Shown in pieces: positions 36,986-51,300 of a stretch of DNA of 64,000 bases. Positions within the stretch are counted from its first letter, which is position 1. Each line of letters starts with the position of its first letter. The DNA is taken from assembly GCA_048013815.1 (NCBI GenBank), contig CM106585.1, positions 5,146,001 through 5,210,000 of the forward strand, written 5' to 3'. The stretch comes from Setoptus koraiensis (Eukaryota; Animalia; Arthropoda). A model generated the notes under the pieces. The model ran no database searches. It had not been told where the DNA came from and saw only the letters and a list, made by a program, of their open reading frames with translations. The position numbers were made by a program, and so were the translations under genes.

Positions 36986-37795
36986 ATGAGCTTGGATCTC
37001 ACCTTGTAGCTCATTTTTTTATCTTACTTATCATTGATCCATGATAACATTGTATCACTAATCACACGGCCTATTAATATGTAACTGTCGAATGTCTGTA
37101 ATTATATTATTGTCTATATATTTATTAGTATTATCAATGATTGTATTGAATAATATTGCTCAAATACGTTATATATATGTCTATATATATATATTTATAT
37201 ATATGCATATCCTTAAATAGATATCAAAATGAAATGTTTTACATGTAATCTTATAAACTATTTTTGTAGTCGCTGATATCAAATATCGAATACACTAAAT
37301 CTATTCGTCCAGAATTGCACTTAGCTCCGAGTCTAAGCCTCCTTTCGTCACCTGTCACTTTCACTATCTTACTGCCTTCGTTAGCATAATCATATACCGG
37401 TAATTACCCATCACACCTTACGAAACACCTAACAGTTACAGATAGAACTTTTTTTCTCTAAAATTATCTATGATAAGGTCATCAAAGATTTCTTCGACAT
37501 TTTGTCAGCTGATCAATGAAAGCATCATAGATCGGCTTCAGATAAGAAGCCAGCTCAACTTCAAATTGCCCGATCTACACTGCTATCTTACCAAAAGCTG
37601 TTCCACAACTAAACAACCGTTCGTGATCACAGAGTACATTTTCCGTGCTCTATGTAATCTATATGAAAAATCAGCTTGTCTAGAAGCTTTCAACATTAAT
37701 GACAATAATTCACTTGCGATAGATGTTAGTATCGGCAATCGTGTCCTCATCTTCAACAAGAATACGCTTCCATAATAATTGAAACAAAACTGTCC

Positions 37796-38870
37796 ATGAT
37801 GAAATTATTCCGATTTTTGCAACAAACAAATGTATTTTGTGCCCAGAGAGGTAAATATTTAATGTGTTTCTATGGCCTAATTCAAATCGTATATCAAATT
37901 CTAATGAGTCAACTGTTCACTTCTTTCTATGTTTATATTGCCAGCCAGAATGGCCTCGACCACAAGTTCACCCAGCCTGGTGGGCTTCGTCGGAGTCGGT
38001 AATATGGGCTCTTTGATGACCAGAAATTTGTTAAAAAACGGTCACAAAGTTATGGTTTACGATGTGAACAAAGCAGCCACCAACGAATTGGCTGCCGACG
38101 GGGCATCAGTAGCCGAAAGTCTAGCCGAAGTGGGAGATAAATGTCATAGGGTGTTCACTATGTTACCTACACCTGAGATCGTGTTAAATGTCTACAAAGG
38201 CTCAGATGGACTTCTATCAAGGGTTGCACCATCAACAGTTCTAATCGATTCATCCACAATAGATCCGTCCACAGCAAAAGAGGTCCATGCTGCAGCAGCA
38301 GCCAAAAATATCAAGTTTTTTGATGCACCAGTTGCAGGTGCTGTACCCGCCGCAAAAGCCGGCACACTGACTTTCATGGTGGGAGGCGACAAATCAGAGA
38401 TCAAACAGCTCTTAGAACCCTATCTATTGTCAATGGGAACTAGCGTTTTCCCATGCGGCCCAATTGGCTCTGGTTGTGTGGCCAAGTTGTGCAACAACAT
38501 GATGCTTGCCATCTCGATGGTCGGACTAAGTGAAGCTATTCATTTAGGCAGGAACTATGGATTGGATCCTAAGATGGTCAGTGCCATTATTAACAAAGGC
38601 TCAGGTCGTTGTTGGAGCTCCGAGATCTACAACCCATCACCAGGAGTTGTCGAAACAGCTCCCTCTTCAAACGAATACAAGAATGGCTTCAGAACGGATC
38701 TACTTTACAAAGATCTCGGCTTAGCCTCTAAGGTGTCCCAAGAAGTCAGATCTCCTATACCGCTTGGCACCCTGACACATCAAATTTATCGTATCATGGT
38801 GAATTCTGGTCTCTTCAAAGACAAAGATTTCTCTGCTGTCTACAAGTTTCTTGAGGGTCAAAGTAAATGA
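37796..38870 (+). CDS. HIBADH: 3-hydroxyisobutyrate dehydrogenase, mitochondrial, 326 aa: join(37796..37850,37945..38870)
   Basis: GFVGVGNMG Rossmann motif, DAPVAGA..AGTLTFMVGG, KLCNNMML (catalytic Lys) and SGRCWSSE. A 94-nt intron (GAG|GTAAAT..GCCAG) adds the transit-peptide-like exon MMKLFRFLQQTNVFCAQR in frame. Confidence 0.92.
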
Positions 38871-39010
38871 AACTAATAAACTAGCTTCTGATCTATCGTA
38901 TAACTGAAATTTAATCATTTATTAGCATTTCAAAAATTGAATTGAATTCTATTGCTCAAGCATAACATCTCTAAGTTGGAATGAAATGCTTGACACAATT
39001 TTCACATAAA

Positions 39011-39829
39011 CTATTTTTTTGTTGTTGATATCAAATACAATAAATTTATCTGTATAGGGTCAAGCTTAGCACTCAATCTATCTACAATAGCATCTTTGCA
39101 CCTCACCGTTCGATTATCATTTTTGAAGAAAAGCAACAAAGATTCTAGTAGGCCATTTAAGTCATACAAATGAGCGTCACAACTTCCCTCAGACCCAGAT
39201 ATAATCGGCAACTGGAATATATATGTGTTTGGATCATTGAGCAATAGTTCCAATAAAAACATTGTCACCAAGTCTTCTTTTGTAAGCAGATTTGCTGGAC
39301 AACTTTTAAGTTTTGCTAAGGCCAACTCATAAGATTTACTCAGGATAAGACATTGTACGCATTGTCTGATGTACATACAGCGTTTATAATACTCTGAGGC
39401 TTCTTGATACATATTAAGTGATTCGTAGTACCTGGCCAACTCCAAACTAATAGGTTTCGCCATAAACGGATCACAATAAAGTAAGGCCTGCTGATAAGCC
39501 CAAATAGCTGCTTTAGAATCATCCCCTGTCTCATGGATATCACCATTCCTATTGGTGCAGCAAGTAGATTTGCTTTTTCCAGAATCTTTCCCACTCTGGC
39601 TGAATGATCTCGCTGCATCTAGTAAAGCGCCCACTTGACCACCTTGGTCTCCTGTCAAGGATTCACATTTTGCTATTGCCAGCTGACAGTAACCTGAGTA
39701 AGGTTTGTGATTCTGAAGTTGATTGCTAAGCTGGGCTAAATCCCTTATAGCTTCATTGAAGTTGGGCTTCCTAAGGATGCGCTTCCTCAATTTGGATGTG
39801 ATTATTTTATATTGCCCAAACTCTGCCAT
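39011..39829 (-). CDS. F8A1: 40-kDa huntingtin-associated protein (HAP40 / factor VIII intron 22 protein)-like, 272 aa
   Basis: KLRKRILRKPNFNEA...YSGYCQLAIAKCE...LLDAARSF matches the HAP40 N-terminal pattern as I recall it. Confidence 0.75.
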   Translation of the reverse strand: MAEFGQYKIITSKLRKRILRKPNFNEAIRDLAQLSNQLQNHKPYSGYCQLAIAKCESLTGDQGGQVGALLDAARSFSQSGKDSGKSKSTCCTNRNGDIHETGDDSKAAIWAYQQALLYCDPFMAKPISLELARYYESLNMYQEASEYYKRCMYIRQCVQCLILSKSYELALAKLKSCPANLLTKEDLVTMFLLELLLNDPNTYIFQLPIISGSEGSCDAHLYDLNGLLESLLLFFKNDNRTVRCKDAIVDRLSAKLDPIQINLLYLISTTKK

Positions 39830-40292
39830 GTGACAGTGAAATGAATAATCTGGTGCTCTTTTCTTTACATAAATAGTGCAATTTGATTGTGAAAAGGTTT
39901 GATTAACCCAATCTGGCTATACCATTGTGCGTCGTTTTAAGGATCATAGGCAATCAAGCAATATAAAATATTCGAATGTGGAAAAGGTCTTTTGATGTAT
40001 AAATTAACATAGTGCATTAAAGCTTTTAATTATGCCCAGGTTTGATATACTCGTAAATAATTGAAGAAAAAAAATATGTTACAAATTCAGATTTTCCCAC
40101 AATTTTTATAGATCGGAGCATGCGTAAAAGAGATTTTTTCGTATTGAGGTGTTGAGTCGAATTACATTTTTTTTTCTTTTTACGATCATTTGTAAATTTT
40201 TAACAACAGCAACAACTTTGCACGTAGAAATTCCATCATTTTAATATTATGGACTAGCTATCTCAGATCACTGTTATGTTCATGCCTAGACG

Positions 40293-42719
40293 ATGATTGA
40301 TATTGCCAAGTTGAAGCCGTTTTTTCCCTTGAAGACATTCAGAGACGTTGAGGAACTATTTGAATATAATTTAAATCCGAAAAATGGAACCCCAAATCTC
40401 ACTCTATTATCTATCGTTATAGGATTAATTGAACACAGCTTAGTGACTATTAATGACAAAGAAGACCTTTTAGCTAACTCCAGACCTGTATATAATCTCA
40501 AAGATGTTTGTCAGAGGCAACTATTGTATCAGAGGCCATTTACCCAGATATCGGCACAGCATTCTCATCATTCACCCAAGTCAATCTACCAACAACGAAA
40601 CAAATATGTAGACCAATCCGACCAAGCCGAATCATCCTCTGCTAGCAACTCTGGTGATTCAGAATCACGACACACCTCTTCACCTGCTCCAGATGAGAAT
40701 CTTGAAATACCAGAGGTTGAATATGAAATTGTTGAAACTTTTTATAAAAAATTTGTTGATCAAATCAAGAATTCTATAGATCTTAAAGACCCTAACTTAC
40801 AGAAACCCAATCTAAGGATTAAGAAAATCTCAGATATCATTTGGTCCAATCTTCCTGGTAGCTACTACAAAGACAAAGCGCATCTCCAAAGTGTTTTCAG
40901 TTATTTAACAACGAGCAAATTGGATTGTTTTGGATTAGCTTTCGCTGTAATAGCAGGATGTCAAATACTCAATTTAAAGAACACTTATTTAGCTCTCAGC
41001 GAAGATCACGCATGGATCATGTTTGAACTACCTCAAGAAGAACTGAACAACAAACTTAGCAATGATAAATTAAATAACGGTCAACCCATACCAAGTTGTG
41101 CTACTCATGGTACATGTGAGGTAACTTGGCATGGAAAAGCTAACAGCGACAAACGAGGTCAATCTGTTACCTATCAAAATTGTTGGCTATACACCAATGG
41201 ATATGCAGTCAAATGCGACTTGAGACTATGTGTAGCTGCACTCATATCTTCAATTAACCCTTCCATCAACCCTAATACGGATTCAGAGATACTGGCCTTC
41301 TTACAGCAACGTTTATTGTGGCTGCTATTCAAACACGACAATTATTTTCCAATGTCTTTAGGGAATCTTGGAGAACTAGAAGATATATGCCCATCCAAAA
41401 ATTCACCACTAACCTCCTCCGAACTTTTTCAGCTTGGAATAGACTTATCAAAGAAACGTTACAATGACTCGCATGTGTATCCTTACACATACCTAGCTGG
41501 GTATTTTTTTCGTCATGGAAGATTCAAAGAAGCTCTTATGACTTGGGCTGATGCCTCCCTAGTAATGACTAACTACAACTACTCACGAGATGATGAAGAA
41601 ATTTATAAGGAATTTGACGAAATAGCCAATAAGCTCATACCATCCATGCTTGAAGTCGTGTCAGCCGGTGGACTCGAACCTGGACAGATGTCAAAAACAC
41701 CATTTCTTCAAGATCCTGAATGCCTTGCGTTAATTCTCAAATTCTACGACAACATATGTCGCTGGGAAGAAGGTTCATCAACTCCAGTCCTGCACTTCGG
41801 GTGGGCCAAATGTTTTGTTGCTACCATACTCAAATTTAGCCCCAACGTTAGATCGAAGCTTAAATTGTTGACATTTGAAGAATGGCACCAAAATTGCGCC
41901 TACTCTAACAATTCCAAGTGTCTAGAGGGAGATGATACAAAATGTAGATCTATCAAAACAACGTCAGATGAAGAACCATTTGAATTAAAGTCACACTCTT
42001 CCAAATCGGATATTTGTCAAAAAGCTATTAAAACGACCAACGATTCAGAGAAGGCATTGGACTTGACGTGTAGTCTGGCCAAGAAAGCCAATAAAAATCG
42101 CGATGATATTCCAAATAGTAAAATTAGTCACATCGCAGACGCGTGCACTGAAAGAATCCTAAATCCAAGTTTTCTTTTAGGGACTGGAGACAATTCACCT
42201 TTCACAGAATCTGATATGGGCTGTGACTCTAGTGACTCCAACGGAAACAGTACCAACGAATACAAGCAAATAAAAAAAGAACTTGCCCTAGTGCGAAAAT
42301 TAGACAGTGCCCGTTCAAAAAAAAGTGATTGCCATGGAAAGAGAAAGAAAGTAACGAAGACGGAGTTCGAGATTGACAATAAAATTGAGGAAAGGCCCGA
42401 ATGTGTGAAGACTCAATCTCAAACAGATATCGTTGAACCCCAATCAAAAGCGGACAGGCAACCGCCAAACAGATTTGAATTGGATGACGATTGTAATGTT
42501 ATTGTCGTGCTCATAAGCCACAAGATGGTTGGTGCTAGAGATCTGTTATTAGCTGAAAGATTGAACACTACTACAATTGACCTGAAATTGACTGCCCAAT
42601 CAGACCTCGGTGTCGCTCGTGGCCGCTTCAGTGACCCTAACAATGCGAGGGGTTCTTCAGCAACCTCGAGCACCTCATCCGCCTTAACAACTAGGGCTTC
42701 AAAAAGACTTAGACGTTGA
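40293..42719 (+). CDS. MEN1: Menin, intronless, 808 aa
   Basis: FPLK, PNLTLLSIVIG, YYKDKAHLQS..SYLT..KLDCFG, ALSEDHAW, EVTWHGK, HVYPYTY, NYSRDDEEIYKEF, TPVLH.GWAK and C-terminal LKLTAQS. Confidence 0.95.
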   Translation: MIDIAKLKPFFPLKTFRDVEELFEYNLNPKNGTPNLTLLSIVIGLIEHSLVTINDKEDLLANSRPVYNLKDVCQRQLLYQRPFTQISAQHSHHSPKSIYQQRNKYVDQSDQAESSSASNSGDSESRHTSSPAPDENLEIPEVEYEIVETFYKKFVDQIKNSIDLKDPNLQKPNLRIKKISDIIWSNLPGSYYKDKAHLQSVFSYLTTSKLDCFGLAFAVIAGCQILNLKNTYLALSEDHAWIMFELPQEELNNKLSNDKLNNGQPIPSCATHGTCEVTWHGKANSDKRGQSVTYQNCWLYTNGYAVKCDLRLCVAALISSINPSINPNTDSEILAFLQQRLLWLLFKHDNYFPMSLGNLGELEDICPSKNSPLTSSELFQLGIDLSKKRYNDSHVYPYTYLAGYFFRHGRFKEALMTWADASLVMTNYNYSRDDEEIYKEFDEIANKLIPSMLEVVSAGGLEPGQMSKTPFLQDPECLALILKFYDNICRWEEGSSTPVLHFGWAKCFVATILKFSPNVRSKLKLLTFEEWHQNCAYSNNSKCLEGDDTKCRSIKTTSDEEPFELKSHSSKSDICQKAIKTTNDSEKALDLTCSLAKKANKNRDDIPNSKISHIADACTERILNPSFLLGTGDNSPFTESDMGCDSSDSNGNSTNEYKQIKKELALVRKLDSARSKKSDCHGKRKKVTKTEFEIDNKIEERPECVKTQSQTDIVEPQSKADRQPPNRFELDDDCNVIVVLISHKMVGARDLLLAERLNTTTIDLKLTAQSDLGVARGRFSDPNNARGSSATSSTSSALTTRASKRLRR

Positions 42720-43084
42720 TGATGCAATTTAATTTATTTCAAATCTGTCCGAATCGGGCCTATCTAGTGATTAGATAATAAATAAAATTATCATTATGTT
42801 GTTACGTTATTGAGATTGACCCCATTATATTCGCCTGACTTGGAGCTGCTTTCATTCTTGTTGCACTTCATAGAAACTCTGTGATAGAGTCGATAATTTG
42901 AGTCGCAGTTTTGCGAGGTGGATTCAAAAAGTGCGCGCCTCGCAGCCCAATGTTTTCAAGTTCAGAAATGACATAACATGTGTTTTGATACATAAATTCC
43001 AAAAAACTCAACTGCCGTCAATCTCCGGGACGTTCTGCTGGATAAATTACAGCCAGTCCGAGCATTTCAGAAAGGATTCACTGA

Positions 43085-45685
<2,601 letters not shown>

Positions 45686-48259
45686 TAATAAAATAAAACA
45701 AATACACAATCATTATGATTAACTATACACAATCATTGTAAGTTTCGCGAGAGAGAGAGAGAGAGAGAGTCAATTTTACTTATTTTGCTTCAACAATCGT
45801 CAGCATGTTGTATACTAATCTAGAGAACATGAAAGTTTAAGCGAGAGTTGAGCTAGCCTGGGCTACTTCACTTATTTGATTTGCCAAGTTTTGAATGTGG
45901 TAAATGGAATGAAAGATCATGCTGCTCATGAGTGGTGATGAGAGAGAAAGCAACAATTAAAGCGAGAACACTTAATAACTGGATCTCAGTTTGATCCGAG
46001 TTGTTCGCCGCAACAAGCATCATTAAAACAATGGCCTTTGGTTTGTGATGAGGGAAGGAAAGAAAGCGAGAGAATGGAAAAGCAATAATGATCAACTGAC
46101 GAGGTGATTGAAACAACTTTAGTACATTAATCTGAAGAGGGAAAAAACCAAAGTTAATATCATGAACATATCTGACAACAAACATATATCATGGTAGCTT
46201 AGATTGGGTGCCTCGATTGTCGTTAGCGAATCTTCCGAGGAATGGGCATATTTAAAGCACTAGCTAATGAATCAACGATTTTCATAAGCGGACCAACACA
46301 ACAAACATTTGACGCATTAGGTTGATAAACGGTAGTCGAATTGAACGCATAAATCCAAATTAAATCAAATAGACTCGACCAATCAATCATCACACTTACC
46401 AATCATGCTGCATTGCTTATTTTAGCAGTAGCTATCCTTCGTTGCTTCAAGCTACATAAAAGAGAGATTATTGATGATTTACATCTGTTCGAATATGTAA
46501 TATCATCAATCTATTGCCAGAATAAGGTTCATTAATGCTGGATGCAAACATTAGATAAAGCTTACAATGCATGAGCAGTGTTTGACTATGGTCTCGAAGG
46601 AAATCATCAAGCAAACCTAACCGCTCGTAACGAGCAATTCACAACAAAAACCAATGTGGAAGGGATCGAGTTTTAGTTAGACTTGGCGGTGATGCAATTG
46701 GTTTGGTCAAGGATGATAAATAAAAACAGAGTTAAACAAAGTGCAGATGGAAATGATGGAAGAGTCAATGACCAATAAAGAGTAAAAGTCACGCTATTTA
46801 TCTAAATTTGACACTTCTTTGGTGGGAAGAAAACATGAACCACACAACAGAAATATTCCATCTCGAGCGAGGTATCATCATTGGCTCTCCATCTCTCTCT
46901 AAATGATCCATTCATGTCCATATATAACAACATAAACAACACGAAGTCTAGTTGTCAAGAGAGTTGGCAAAGCCGTAGGGCCATCATGAAGAATCATTAG
47001 TTTGTGTGCATTTTTGCATATATCTATATCTATCTAGATATGTAACAGTGAGTGTAACCATTGGTGGTTGTTGGCAACAGTAGTTTGAATATTGGCACTA
47101 ATGTGCAAAATGTTATGTTTACGAGACAATCATCATTAACCTTGTTGACACAGCAATCCAAGTGTTCGCAACTACATCATTTGCACAACAATTATCTGAT
47201 ATATCTGCAGGTATTGCCCGCAAGACAGCGCACAGGTGGAGCGACATTCTCATTGAGGCAAATGCCTAAAATATACGGACGCCATCATGTTTTACTTATT
47301 TATACTTATTTTTTGTGTTGTTGCTAGCTTTTGTTGCATTGCGTTCCATCTATTCCACATGGAAGCTTTACACTCCATGGCAAAGCCTCCATGGGGCTGC
47401 TTAGGAACGAGACGAGACAAGACGCGAAAACGAGATAATACTAAATGTAAGAAAAGAAAGTAGTACCGTTATACAGACATGTAATAACAGGTTTATTAGC
47501 TATGAAGTTTGTTGTTTATTTCTTGTGAAGACTCACATAATTCTTCACCTAATGGGATAGATCATTCATATAACTTGATGATCACAATGGTGTCAAAGAT
47601 GAACAATACCACAGATATATATATATATATATATATATACAAAGCGCGCGAGAGAACGAGGCCGCTCGAGAAGAAAACCCGAGAAAAGCTGCCTAGTGTG
47701 GCTTCTATTTCCACGGTGAAGCTTTCCACTTTCCTGGCAAGTGTAAAATAGATGGAGACCAGTGTCTACTTCAGTATTCAGCAACACATAAACAGGGTGG
47801 GTGTGCAATACGCTTGCGATGGGGACGTTCTTGAACTTGCTGGCCAGCTAGCTTGTTAATGTTATTGTTTATATGATGGCGCGAATGACGGATTGCGTAA
47901 GAATGGCGTGTAAGTCACTTACTATAAGAGTGTGTGTGTGTGTGTGAATTGCATCCATCGTAAGTCAGCTTGGGGAGACAATCTACATGAGGATCGTATT
48001 TCGCACCGCAATCCAAAATGGCAGTTTGTTGACCGTTTGCCACTATGATACTCGTAGTGAGGTAATAGTAGACAGGCACTTGAACAGAAATAGAATAAAA
48101 TACAAGCCAGTGTAGAGAGGCACACAAAAACAAAAATGATGATGGCTACCTGTTGATTGTTTGTCGTGATTGCATTGAAGGGTCTCATCATTTATCAGCG
48201 AGCGACAGCAAACTGTTCGCATCACGACTATTGTGGGACCGCCGACCAACCTAGCAAGC

Positions 48260-48306
48260 AACTGGCCAACTGACCACTAGTTGGCTAGGCGGTCAGTTGG
48301 CCAGTT
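48260..48306. other. Perfect 16-bp hairpin with 15-nt loop
   Basis: AACTGGCCAACTGACC and GGTCAGTTGGCCAGTT are exact reverse complements. Confidence 0.85.
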
Positions 48307-51300
48307 ACTATTGTCGGAATGTAATATTTGGCCAGACTGCGGCTCACTGCACGCACTGTCGGTTGTTATTACTATCATTACTATTTGTGTGAGTGTGTAC
48401 ATGTAAATTACTCGTTGTCGTCTCGGTCGTCTGGACGGTGGTCGCTTATCGTGGCCACCATCTCGATCTTTGTTTATTATTTCGCGTATCAACGGCATCT
48501 CACACCGATGCTGTGGTCCACTCTCGCCAACTGGCCGACTCTCGCCAACCGCTCGACGATTTTTGCCCTCCCATACCGTCGCCCCCCATACTCTCGCCTC
48601 GAGCGGTGGGCCATTCATCCATTGAAGACAAATTGCAACCCATTGCGAAAATACAAAACGCACAGACTGACGTGATGCGGTATAAGTTGGTTTGCGCCAC
48701 AGTGTGTAATAATCATAATAGCTGTAATAGTTAGTTTAAGGCAAACAAATTGGCATGATGATGATGACAAGAGATTAGTGCGTGACATTGAATTATAAAC
48801 AACATTGTCTTGCCGACCGCTCGCCGCGATTGACACACCATAGAGAGTGGCCAAAGTGGGTCAGAGCAATGGGTAAATATGCAAAATTGTATCATTTAGC
48901 GACGTTGCCAGACTGACCCCAAAATAGAGCGAACGTTGCGTTGTAGGCATTGCGTGCTGGCCAACGGATCGGTGCAACATGGACGCCGAGGCCACTTTTG
49001 CGCACTGTCAATACCTGTATGAATCAATCAATCACCTGTTGTGTGTTTGTTGTGTTGGTCATCGCAACAATAATGGCCGCTGTTTGCGTATGCCCACCAC
49101 TAGTGGTATAGCAGTATAGCCGACCACCGACGATAATTCGGACAACACCATGGTGCGCCGATAGAAAATCATTGGCGCTCATGCAAGCGCTATTATGTAG
49201 ATAAAGATCACCTTATGCAACTGTTGCCGCTCGTTGGACACGGCCGGCCGTTGAGATGGGCCGGCGATTCACTGACCAGAACGGCCAGACGGGCCAGACG
49301 GGCCAGACCGGCCGGACTGACCAGGCAAAACAGAGATGAGCTCATGATAAAAGCAGCAACGGTTATTGTGTTGTTGCTGGCGAATCACGACGCCGTCATC
49401 GGAGAGCAGCCAAAGCAACGGAGGATAAAGATCTGCTGCTGCTCGATAATTGTTATCATTTGTGGCTCTCGCACGGGCAAACAATCCCGGCTTCTTCGGG
49501 CCGGCACTTGGCGCTGCCAAACTCACAAAATGAAAAATTGAAACCATCTGTCGCCGGTCAGCCCTCTCTGGCCGGTCGCAATAGGCCGTGGTCTGGCAAC
49601 AACAATGCGCCGAGCAACAATTGGGGACGCACCAACTCATGAGCCCGGCATCGATGCGTTAACGGTGCCGGTCAGTTGGCGAAAAATCGTGAAGCATTGT
49701 CTTTTAATTTGCCAAGCGAGCAACGATTTTTCGCCACAACTTGCAATTTTCTGCCGGCCAATATCGGCAACGTCGGCGCAACACCATCAGCCATACTTTA
49801 TCAATGCGTGCTCGCCAGTGGCTTCATCACGAGCACCCCAGAGTGGCTAGAGTGGTTAGAGCAAAGAGTCGAGTTAAGTCAATACGGGCTACTTTGTTGT
49901 GCTTTGTTTTTGCTGCCGCCACTGTTGTTGTTCAACTGCCAAACTGACACATAAGTGCTGCTCGGACTGCCACTTCCGGTGCGTCGAAGGCCCGCTTCGT
50001 CGCTTCTGTGATCTGTCTTGGTCGGGCCACATGCAACCATATACAACATAGACTATGTGCACATAGTGGGCTAGTCAGCGAGCGGGCCGGACGAGGGTCG
50101 AGAAACGGACAATTGCCGGCAATAGATTGCCATTTGTTTATTGTTTGACGGTGGTTGCTGGTGGTGATTGCATGGTGGCCATAGTGCACTAGTTGGGGCG
50201 AGAGTGATTGCCGATATGTGCACAATTGCATTGTGTGAGCCGGCCAGCGGAGGGCACCACATTGGAGCGTCGCTATTGCACACTAGCCACCAGTGAAGCT
50301 TCTGAAGTTTTCAACGTTGCGAGCTATCAAAGTCAGCCAGCCAGCCAGCCAGCCAGCCAGTGTATATTTTAAAGATTATCTCTTTTCACCTGTCCATACG
50401 AATTGGCCGGAGTGGCCGCAGTGGCCGCAGCGGCAGATTGTATTTATACCGCAACTAGTGGCAAGGCAACAAAGTGAGACAGACAGCGAGATGGCGATGG
50501 TAATAGGCACCCATTGTCTGATCGCAATAGAGGCACGCAATTCTCACGATTTTCATTAGACACGACCATATCATTCCCGCGTGATGAAGTATGATGATGA
50601 GCGCATAATGGGTTGCAATTGCAATTGTCTTGCAATTCATTGATTTCGCATCGACATCGGCATCACTGCACAGTGTGTCCATTATGCGTCCACTATCCAC
50701 TCACCAGCGGCCTTATCTGATCTGCGAATCTGCTCAGGTGAGATGTGGGCCATTCTGTGTCCAGTCGTTGGCACCACAATTGAAATCGGCGTGCCACCAC
50801 AACAACAATTTGTATTATCTCTGTCTGGCGATGACGATGATGATGGCGATGATGGCGACGGCGATGATGATGATGTCTCAGCCACGACCACGATGTTGTA
50901 ACAAAGTGCGAGCTTAATAAAGTCGAGTAAAAGTGATGAAAACCTCAATGGAGATTTTCCACTTATTGTTGCCTGATATGCCTAATATCAGGCGAAACAT
51001 CCATCGCTCACTGCGCCGGAGTGATCTCTCTTTCTTGAATGGGGTCTGTGTTTGAGAAAGACAGCACGAGGCCATCCGATAATGTCGCTTTCTTTCTTCT
51101 TTTTGAGTGTGTTCCACAACAGCAACAGCATGCCAGCATATGCAAGCTGGCTAATAATAAATATGAGAAGTAGCAATTTCTGAAAAAAAAAAGAAAAAAA
51201 TGATGCAATATAGAAAGTGATGAAGCGGCATCATTACTGATGCACGAATACCGATGTAAGACTGATAATTATTATTATTGCTATTGACGCGGTTATTTTT

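Larger units (their letters stand above)
28683..37575. repeat. Large inverted duplication: arms 28683-32514 and 33749-37575, 1234-bp unique spacer
   Basis: Direct reverse-complement comparison of the arms; both carry the same POU gene with the same 125-nt intron. Confidence 0.97.

Noticed and set aside
28683-37575. Palindrome as a fold-back or assembly artefact
   Set aside because: The arms contain strongly diverged blocks with mostly synonymous changes and distinct microsatellite lengths, which a read chimera would not produce.
37470-37775. 101-aa plus-strand ORF
   Set aside because: Against the other arm, 4 of 5 changed codons are non-synonymous and the mirror copy stops after 44 codons.
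45868-46185. Minus-strand ORF behind a strong acceptor (TTTTTTCCCTCTTCAG near 46132)
   Set aside because: No recognisable homology or partner exons; it may be a UTR or non-coding exon.
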